Of a stretch of DNA of 64,000 nt, positions 53,409-64,000 are shown in pieces. The notes beneath the pieces are model-generated. The model saw only the letters and a program-made list of their open reading frames with translations. It had not been told where the DNA came from and ran no database searches. The DNA is from the human T2T-CHM13v2.0 reference genome, Homo sapiens: assembly GCF_009914755.1 (NCBI RefSeq), contig NC_060930.1; one strand, given 5' to 3'. A program made the translations under genes and the position numbers. Each line of letters opens with the position of its first letter. Position 1 is the first letter of the stretch.

Positions 53409-53552
53409 TTAGTCATCATCTTCTTCTTCCTCCTCTTCTTCCTCAAAGCTATCTTCAAAGCCCTCACTGTCCTCCTGGTCTTCATCCCCCTCTATTGCTG
53501 TATCCCACTGTGGGTGATTTTCTGGCACAGGCTTAGCCTCATGAACTTCCAA
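53409..53552 (-). CDS. SEC63: SEC63 terminal coding exon part (exon 21), acidic C-terminal tail and TAA stop
   Basis: ctttctag|TTG acceptor; translates LEVHEAKPVPENHPQWDTAIEGDEDQEDSEGFEDSFEEEEEEEEDDD*; stop at 53409-53411. Confidence 0.97.
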   Translation of the reverse strand: MEVHEAKPVPENHPQWDTAIEGDEDQEDSEGFEDSFEEEEEEEEDDD

Positions 53553-54513
53553 CTAGAAAGAAGAATTAAATGTAGACATCAGAAATTTGGGGAGAAATAA
53601 TGGAAGAAATCTTGGTAAACAAAAGGTTTTCTTTGACCACAGCAATTATAAAGAAATAGTTTTTTATGGACACAATTCTAAATTCAACTCATTCATTTAG
53701 AACAGACACTTCATCCCAGAAATAAAACAAGTAAATTTAACAATATGTAAATGTAGTTAAATTTCTAATACAGTTTGATATTTTGATTCTGTATGTTATA
53801 CTATTTATGAATGTATTTCTATGGCATAAAATAATTGTGATTCTTGAGCAAGAACACTGAGTCATATCTTAACAGAAGCCTTCTGCTTTAAGGAAGAAAA
53901 ACCCGAGACATTTTGCAGTCTCTAGACTTGTGATGTAAAATTCTACAGTTAATAAAAGAAATATGGAACCCTCATGGAACAAAAAAGAGGTTCGCATTTA
54001 CTGGCTACTTTTACCCTTTATAATGCAATAATACTTTTAGCACCATCTCTCTAATACAATAGGACACCTTTTATAAAAAGCTCAAGTGAATTGGTAAACA
54101 AAGATCAGAGTGTGCTGCAAATGATACTTACAGAAGTGTATGCTCTAAGATGACAAAAATAAATTAGTTTCAGAAATTAATATACACTCCAAATAGAATC
54201 TGTGGTTTAAAAAAAAAAAAGTGCCTTTCTAAAGAAAAAAGAACCCATTTGCTGAGGCCTTATAAAGTTACAGCACATTAAAATGCATCCCTAAAGTAAT
54301 TTATATTCAATGTTCTAAACTGTTACACTCCTTAAAAACCTAAAACCTTAAGTTTATTATTGAAAGAGTAGTCCATCAAGTATATCATATATAAAGCATG
54401 AGATGACTTCTTTTTCCTTCCATAACTCTACATTTCAAAACTAGAAATGTTTTCCTAGTATATTAAACATTTATACAGAAAACTCTTATTTATTGAAGAG
54501 TCACTATTCTTAC

Positions 54514-54618
54514 CTTCAATGGTTTAATCTGATCCAAACCCATATAGGAGTCTGATCTCAGAAACACAGTATACTGATAATTTCCAGGCTTGCCTGGTGC
54601 AGGAAACTTCAGCTCTAC
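54514..54618 (-). CDS. SEC63: SEC63 coding exon (exon 20), 105 nt
   Basis: ttctag|GTA acceptor, AAG|gtaaga donor; translates VELKFPAPGKPGNYQYTVFLRSDSYMGLDQIKPLK. Confidence 0.96.
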
Positions 54619-56005
54619 CTAGAAGATAAAATCAGCACTTAAAAATCTGTATTATGGGGAGGAAACAGCTCACTCCCTAAAATTCCTAGACCACAGTATT
54701 TAACAGCCAGGTTTTTTCTGCAGATGATACAGAAAGTCCTAACAAATGTTACTAAAGTCCTTATAAACAATAATAAAAAAAAGCGAAATGTATGTTACAT
54801 ATTATAAATACCTCCCAAAGAGGAAATCAAATTATGCAGAACTGATGAGGTTAATTTGTCTCTCCACAATTCAAGAAAGCAGTACTTAAAGCAACCAAAT
54901 TCTATGCTATCATCTTGAAGAAATTAAGCAGGTATAAAAGCATAAGTAAATGAAATGTTGGAATAAAACAACAGACTTCACTAGATAGGAGATACTTCCT
55001 GCCAAATTTTCTTATTTCTAGAATAAACGCCCAATGCCAAAGGTCAAGAAGATATTTTATTTATCATCAAATCATAAACTTCAAATACAAATAGTAACAA
55101 ACTCTTAAAAAGTTTCTATTCCACTTGGACAAAAGAACAATTTTTTAAAAATGACATTTGTATTCTCTGGTGATCTGCTCTAGTGATCTGCTCCAATCTC
55201 CAAAATCCAGATTTTACAGTCAAGATTAAATATTAAAATATGCCAGTTTTAAAAAAACTAGAAAAAATCATGAAGGAATCTTTTTTTCTTAAATTAATCT
55301 CAGTTTGGCCTAACTATAACACAAACCTAGAAACTATTAAAAAAAAATTCTTTAAATCATACTACAAAAAATAAGTAAGAAAATGGATAAACAAATAGGT
55401 ATTTATATTTCTATCTGGTAGAAACAACCAGAATAGTACAACAAACTGGGGAGAAATACTTGCAACACATATCACAAAGGGCTGATTTCTTAACATTAAA
55501 AAAAGATCCCAAAACAACTTTTTAAGACTCAACAAAAGTGAACAATGGTCACAAACAGACACATTAAAAAGACAACTCAAACACACTGAAGGTTAAGTTT
55601 CACTCTTCAGAGAAATAAAAACTACACTGAATAGAATGAGCAGAGTAAAAATTGATTCAGAAAAGAATCATCAACATATGTTTAAAACGATTGGGTAAAA
55701 CACTGTTGGAGAATAGGACATTCACACAGGGCCTAAATATCACCCCACAGATTAGAGGGGGAGAAAAATACCTTTACAATAGAGAAAAACCATAACTAAA
55801 TGAGCAACCTTAATTAATATCACCAACATAGGGCAAAGTCATATACTGTACTTCTGACCTAAGAACTACATCACCAACATAGTTTGCTTGCCAAAAACAC
55901 AAAGATGAATAATGAGTAACCAACGAGACAAATTCGTATTAAATGATATTCTACAAAACACCTTGCCTGGATTCTTGAAAAATGTCAGCGGCATGCAAAG
56001 ATTAA

Positions 56006-56340
<335 letters not shown>

Positions 56341-56384
56341 TCAACACTAAAGAGGCATGACAACCAAATACAATGTAAAAATCT

Positions 56385-56548
56385 CTTTTTTTCTTTCTTT
56401 CGAGACATGTCACTCTGTTGCCCAGGCTGAAGTACAGGGGCATGATCATGGCTCATTGCAGCTTCAACCTCATGGGCTCAAGTGATCCTCCTGCCTCAGC
56501 CTCCTGAGTTAGGCTGGGACTACAGGCACAAGTCACCACACCCAGCTA
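56385..56548 (-). mobile_element. Alu right monomer (AluJ/FRAM)
   Basis: Antisense single arm. Confidence 0.8.
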
Positions 56549-56725
56549 CAATGTGTGATCCTTGATTAGATCCTGAGTTTAAAAATAAAACCAAAAACTG
56601 TAACAGACATTAGTGGAATCGTTGAGGAAATCTGAATACAGACTGCGTATTAGATAATTATGCCACATCAATGTTAAATTTCCTGAGTATAATCATTGTA
56701 GTAGGCCTATGGAGAAGGTCCTGGA

Positions 56726-56868
56726 TTTTGTTTTTGTTTTTGTTTTTTTTAAGAGACAGGGTCTCACCACGTTGCCCAGACTGCTGCTGAATTCCTGGGC
56801 TCAACTGATCTGCCCGCCTTGGCCTCCCAAAATGCTGGAATTACAGGTGTAAGCCACTGCACCCAGCC
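56726..56868 (-). mobile_element. FLAM/Alu left monomer
   Basis: Antisense single arm. Confidence 0.8.
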
Positions 56869-57120
56869 CAAGGCCCTGGTTCTTAAGGGATACATGTCAA
56901 GTAGTTAGGGGTGTCATGTCATGATGTCTACAAGTACCTCAAATGGTTCAGGGGAAAATACACACGCGTGCATGTTTTGTACATACATATACAGTGAAAG
57001 ATAAAACAAGTAACAGCTAAATGTAAACAACTGGTGAATACGGGTGGGGATCTAGGGAGGTTTCATGATACCATGCTTGTTAACTTTTCAATAGGTTTTA
57101 AAACTTAAAAGATCAGAGAG

Positions 57121-57479
<359 letters not shown>

Positions 57480-58268
57480 TCAAAATGTCTGACATGCTGA
57501 GAGGTATTAGGCATATTTAGACATTCATTCTTTCTATAGAGAAATAAATATCTAGCAATATAGACCAAAATTACAAACATACAGAGCCTCCAGCCCATCA
57601 ATTCGACCTCTATAAATTTATTATTAACCTATTTCATGCATTTACCACTTGATTATAAAGGGTTAAAAAATATGTACTAAAAATCAACATCATAGGGCTA
57701 TCTTGAAAAGCTTTTGTCCACCAAGTACAGGCAGACAGAACCTTCTTCCTAGAAAAAAAACACACACACAAAAAAAACATGAAAAACAACAACAAAAATG
57801 CAGTTCCCAAGGGTAAATATGTTCATCACAATGCTGCTTTACTGATGTCATTAACAGTGAATACCACGTAATCAAAAATTCCACTCAAGAAATCCACATC
57901 ATCAGTTCTTAGATTTTTCAAGACAAAAGATCTAATACTCAACACTAATCCAATAAGAACAAAAATTCTATCACTAAATTCTGGAGAGGAGGAGGAAAGG
58001 TGTATGTTCTTAGACACTAACAGTGAAAACTCCCAAAACAAGCTGAGAACAAATTTTTAAAACATTGACTAAGTTGCCTACCTTTAACAATTATTTATAA
58101 ATTTCCAATGAGCTCACCCCAAAATAGAGAACAGTTACAAAATGCAGGCAACGAATAGAATACAATATGCTAAATATGATAAACTTTTTAAAAAAAAGAT
58201 ATATGAAGCAGCATGATGGTGACAGCTGTGCCTTGTTAAACACTGAAATCATGTTGCTTGATAGTTAC

Positions 58269-58367
58269 CTCCTCTGTATCTTTCAGCGTACACACATGAT
58301 ATGGCATGGATATTAATGTCTGCTCCTTCCTATCTGCAATGTAAAGCCACCACCATTCTTGTTTTTC
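58269..58367 (-). CDS. SEC63: SEC63 coding exon (exon 19), 99 nt
   Basis: T19-gtttccag|GAA acceptor, GAG|gtaact donor; translates EKQEWWWLYIADRKEQTLISMPYHVCTLKDTEE (Sec63/Brl domain). Confidence 0.96.
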
Positions 58368-58758
58368 CTGGAAACAAAAAAAAAAAAAAAAAAAGAAGAG
58401 GGGTATAAATAATCAGAAAGAACTAGAAAGAATATAATTTTGGCCTCTCTTATCTTAGAGATCCTCTGCACTGACAAACTGCTTGGTACAAAATAGGTGT
58501 TCAAATGAATATTTACTGAAAGAATAAGCTGTTCTTAACATTTGTAGATCCATTGCCTAAAAGCATTTTGTATGCAATTTTGGGGATTTCAATAGCTCCT
58601 TAAAACCTATTGATTGGCCTTCATATTAAAAACCCTGACTAACCTTAAGTAACAAGCATTATTCTAAATATATACAACTATTACAATAGCATGTAGCAAA
58701 TAATCTTAGTACTCTTACCTAGTAATAAGCAAAAGCCACAAAGTTGGAGTGGAAGGAA

Positions 58759-58768
58759 CATATATATA

Positions 58769-58810
<42 letters not shown>

Positions 58811-58845
58811 TACATATACATATATGTGTGTGTGTATATATATAT
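58759..58845. repeat. Compound (TA)n/(TG)n/(CA)n repeat
   Basis: catatatatatgtgtgtgtatatatata...tacacatatatac... Confidence 0.9.
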
Positions 58846-59147
58846 TTTAGAAGGCCAAGAAGTCTGAAAGCACCAAACCTCCGTGCATTCAGCAACAACT
58901 GCTCTATTACAGCACACCTCAGTTCACTATTTAGTCACCTGCTTATTAACACCTGTTTTAAGAGTTGGGTAGGGAAGTATCTTTCTAAAACAGTTTAAAG
59001 AAAAATGTTTTACAGCTTAAAACAAAATAAACTCTAGGATGTTCTAAATATTTATTTAACCAAAATAGTACTAGACTATTCTAAACTCTCAATTGTCCGA
59101 AATGGTTAAAAAATCATCTTACTGAAAGTTTCTTTGAGAAAACGTGG

Positions 59148-59456
59148 GTTTTTTTGGTTTTGTTTTTTGTTGAGACAGGGTCTCACTCTGTCACCCAGGC
59201 TGGAGTGCAGTGGCACCATCTCAGCTCACCTCACTGCAACCTCTGCCTCTGGGGCTCAAGTGATCCTCCCACCTCAGCTTCCCAAGTAGCTGAGACTACA
59301 GGCATGCACCACGTCTGGCTAATTTTTGCATTTTTTGTAGAAACAAGATTTCATTTATGTTGCCCTGGCTGGTCTTGAACTCCTGGGCTCAAGCGATCCT
59401 CCCATTTAGGCCTCCCAAAGTGCTAGGATTACAGGCATGAGTCACCACGCCTGGCC
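59148..59456 (-). mobile_element. AluJ in SEC63 intron 18
   Basis: Antisense Alu dimer. Confidence 0.9.
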
Positions 59457-59677
59457 CATATTTATGTTTTTAAACTAAAATTGCTGCTAAAATTTTAACT
59501 ATAAAAATAGATTAAAATTTGGTTTATCTTTCAAACGCTACTAAGCACAACTAAAAACTCTTCTGTTTAAATACCTTCGGAGATAAAGCACTGCAACATT
59601 AAAAAGTCTAATAAATAAATGACAAGTACACGGTGACATGAGTGGCACTTAACAAGAAAATTAAATTCTGCTTAAAC

Positions 59678-59912
59678 CGAGGGTTAGGACTACCACTGTA
59701 GGCATATTTGTATACATAACATATGTGTGTAAATACATAACAGCCTCAAAGTGGAATAACACCTCTGTTGCGGCCACTCAAATCTGCCCTTGCAGCATGA
59801 AAAAAATAAGTGTGGCTGTGTTCTAATAAAACTTTATTTACAATAAAGCCTCATTTACAAAAACAGGAAGGCAGCCAGATCTGGCCTGCAGACTGCAGTT
59901 TGACAATATCTG
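59678..59912 (+). mobile_element. MER58-like DNA transposon
   Basis: tgtggctgtgttctaataaaactttatttaca...gccagatctggcctgcag. Confidence 0.7.
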
Positions 59913-60288
59913 TTTTAAAGACACAGAAACCTGGGTTATTTCACTTCCCTAAAATCTCATTTTCTTCTCAACAATCAGTGCCTACTTCTGGCCATGTTGT
60001 AAAGATGATCTGAGAGAATACAAATAAAAATATATGTTACAAAGCCTAGCACATGCAGTATAATAGGTGGCAGTTATGATTATTAGTGACATGAGGTACA
60101 ATATCACCTCTTTTTTAAGTCATTTTGACATTTGTCAGAAACATCATTACAACAAGTAGGGAATGTAAGCAGCACAGGATTATGTTAAAGATTATGCACT
60201 TCTTTACCTCCCCACTTAGAGAATGCCTTTCCCTCCAACCTCTCAGCCTATTTAATTACAATGAGATTCACTCAAGAATATTTATTAG

Positions 60289-60582
<294 letters not shown>

Positions 60583-60863
60583 GAATATTTATTAAGAAGC
60601 CAGTGAATATCAATCAACAGCACTACACCTGTGCCTAGTGATGCACATGTTAAAAGTGAAACAGATTTCTATGAGTTACCTGTATTTTAGACAAAATTGT
60701 TTTTCTTTTGTGAGATTCCTAACCATTCTTAACGCATTAAATACAATAGACGAATTTCACTAACATGTAAGTCAAATATTACTAAGTGGGTAGTTTGGTA
60801 GTTAGGTTACTTAGGTAAGAAACACGGAAATGTAGACAGGTAGAGAGGTTAGAAAGATCCTAA

Positions 60864-61340
<477 letters not shown>

Positions 61341-61440
61341 TAAATACATTTTATCTGATAAATAATGATCTGAAATGTTTACCATGCAGATGCAGATTAA
61401 ATTTGAAAAAGGCATTTTGCTGATAAAATGATTTTTATCT

Positions 61441-61605
61441 TTTTTTTTTTTTTTTTTTGAGACAGGGTCTCACTGTGTCATCCAAGCTGGAGTTCAGTGG
61501 CACAATCACAGTTCAATGCAGCCTCAATCTCCTGGGCTCAAGTGATCCTCCAACCTCAGCTTCCCAAGTAGCCTAGGACCACAGGCATGAGCCACAGCAC
61601 TTGGC
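61441..61605 (-). mobile_element. Alu monomer
   Basis: Poly-T followed by a single arm. Confidence 0.8.
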
Positions 61606-62864
61606 CACTAATAAAATGTTCTGAGGGAGTGAATGAATGTTTCTCTTATTAACTAAGCATGGTCTAAAATGAAACTGTCTGTTACATGGGTACACACTAG
61701 GCAGCTTTGAGCACCCCATGGCACTTTTTATACCAATCAATGAATGGAATTTACTTGCTTCATTTCAGGATGCTTGGTGTTGGCAGGCTACCTCTGCAAT
61801 GGGCACAATGCCCCTAACAGATGGACTAAAGCTCAGGACATGCCAGAAGATCAGCACGTGCATTAAGATGGAATCCTGGGCAGACTTCTCTCCAAGTCAA
61901 AACAACAGTCTGTGCAGAGCCACTCATTTATTACTAAGAGAGCCAAATTATTTACGAATTTGCCTTAAGCAGTCCCCAGAAACTCTAGATTGACATCCTC
62001 GAGCAGAAAGCAGATTTATACATGAAATCACCTGCCAAACACAAGTGGTGAGCAGAAGGTTCTGTGGCAAAGCTGTGAGGCAGTCTGTGGAACAGTTTCC
62101 CGAACTGGGGGAACCAGTTCTTGACCTCTACTCCAGACAGAATCATACTCTAATGCAAAATGTCAAGGGAATCCCAAGGTAATTTGAAAGATGAACAACA
62201 CAGGCTATCAAGGAGATCGAAAGTTGAGCAGGCTGCAATTACAAAGTAAACAAGGACAAGGCAACAAATAGCACTATAATGACCTGTCCTGAGCCCGGGG
62301 CTCAGTTATGATCAAGCTCTTATGGAACTTTATTTATTAGAGCCAAGAACACAGTTGGTCCCACAGCCATGGGCTCACACATTTCCATGGACTGGGACAA
62401 CAATGACCAGGGTCAGAGCAATTCTAATGGTTCCATGTCGCCAGCAGGATCCTCAGAGAGAAAATTTAAGAATTTTTTCATCCGATTTAAAACTTGGCAG
62501 AGGTGAGAGATTCATAATAGTTAAGTATTCAAAGGCAAAATATGCATTTGTCTGATGAAGACTGCCTAATCTGCTAATGAGAAATCACCATTACACATAA
62601 CACTCAGTAATCAGGGCACAGAAAAGACAGAAGCAAAGAAAACCACAGAAATACTTAAGAAGCTAACAATCTCTTTTATAAGCAACACGTTCACTAAGTA
62701 TAATACCTATTGTAATATTCCCTTTTAAAAATATGGCCTCTCAGGATAGACCACATTTAGCACATATGAACTAATACACACGACAGAGGGCTAAAAGTCA
62801 ACTGACAAATCCCTGAGGAGAAAGTGAATGGAATAAGGAACACAGTAGCCTGTATATAACTCAC

Positions 62865-62966
62865 CTCAGGAAAGTAAAGGCTATACACAGGATGTGTTAT
62901 TTTTGATTTGGTTTCCAATAGAGCTCTCTCTTTTCGCTGTATGCTTTGTTGTAATTCTTGCCACTC
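62865..62966 (-). CDS. SEC63: SEC63 coding exon (4th from last; exon 18 of 21 in the usual model), 102 nt
   Basis: Acceptor tttactag|GAG, donor GAG|gtgagt; translates EWQELQQSIQRKERALLETKSKITHPVYSLYFPE, which I recognise as SEC63. Confidence 0.96.
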
Positions 62967-63084
62967 CTAGTAAACAAAAAAATTAAAATATTTAAAATCT
63001 AGTATGTGTTTTATCACTTTAAGGATTTCCAGGTATTATTCCTGACAATGCTAATTAACTACTTAGGATTAGAACAAGTTCAGT

Positions 63085-63640
63085 CTCACAAATCTGATCA
63101 TCTCCCTGCTCATCCTTACAATGCCTTTTTAAATATATTAAATCTAACCACTGTAGTATCAACTACATAGCCGTTCATTATCTGACCCTAGCCTGCCTCT
63201 CTTTGGTCTCCTGTCACTGCCTCCCTCCTTGTGCTTTTTATTCTAGTCATTTCAAACTACCTACACTTCTCTGAACTTACCAAACTATTTCACTCCTCCT
63301 AAACCCTGTTTGGACTTTGATTTCTCCCTTTCTCTGCCTACTCATTATTATTTAGGACCAACTAAAGCCCAAAGTATGAACTCCTGAGTAAAGCCTCCCA
63401 TAAATTTCCTTCTACCTCAGGACTGAACTGATCACTCCCTCCTTATGTACCTTGCATAAGATGTGTGTAATTTCATATGTACTATAGTATTTATTTACAA
63501 ATCTGCCTGCCCCACTAGCCTACATTATCATTCAAGACCTGAAGCTGTTTCACATTTGGCTTTGTATTATCTTTAATCTTAGACAGCCTTGGGATGTGAC
63601 AGGTAATAAATAATGATTTGTTGATTTAATGAATGTATTT
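63085..63640 (+). mobile_element. L2 fragment
   Basis: caaatctgatcatctccctgctca...; 3' end taaataatgatttgttga...aatgaat. Confidence 0.6.
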
Positions 63641-64000
63641 TTGGTCATATGAAGAAATTAGTCTGTCAAAACCCTAAGAGTCACTGCTACTTACCCTAAT
63701 ATACTTAGGAATATGTCAATTCTTTCTCAAAGTCAGGCCAGGGATATAATGTATTTGACAGATTTTAGTTTCCTGGCAATCAATTTAATTCTCCAAGTAC
63801 AAAAACAGCCAAGGCCCTGCAAATGCTAACAATAGACATCTTTGTTTTCTACCATTCCCAAGGACAAGTGTGTTATTAACCCCTTATACTTTTATCCTTT
63901 GCCCTTTACCTCTTCCTCTTTTTTTGGCCTCTCCTTTTGCCTCTGAGGCTATTCAGGCAATCCCTTTTTATCTCCCAAACTACAGTGTTACTTTTAGATC

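Noticed and set aside
53234-53600. ORF-track ORFs 53234-53485 (-) and 53340-53600 (+)
   Set aside because: Off-frame and antisense shadows of the low-complexity SEC63 terminal exon; the real frame is 53552->53409.

Overview
Primate, most likely human, euchromatic DNA that is rich in repeats. The right end (about 49460-64000) holds the last four coding exons and the 3' UTR of SEC63 on the minus strand. These exons have clean GT-AG, phase-0 junctions and translate to the known acidic C-terminus (...GFEDSFEEEEEEEEDDD*). From recalled gene order at 6q21, the left end should be the 5' region of SCML4 (minus strand), with a probable non-coding first exon at about 5849-6040. Between the genes lie a CpG island with a near-perfect CTCF site (about 30.1 kb), a full-length but frameshifted L1PA2/late-L1PA3 element (36374-42449, minus) nested in an old L1M, about 35 Alu copies or fragments, MaLR/ERVL solo LTRs, MIR/L2 remnants and DNA-transposon remnants. 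The most unusual signal is a decayed minus-strand retroelement at about 18360-20240. It appears to read Gag zinc knuckle, aspartic protease, integrase N-terminus, then gamma-retroviral-type envelope (ISD/CX6C motif). That suggests a Gmr1-like Gypsy gene order joined to a retroviral env. Repeat subfamily calls and coordinates were made by eye and are approximate unless junction sequences are quoted.
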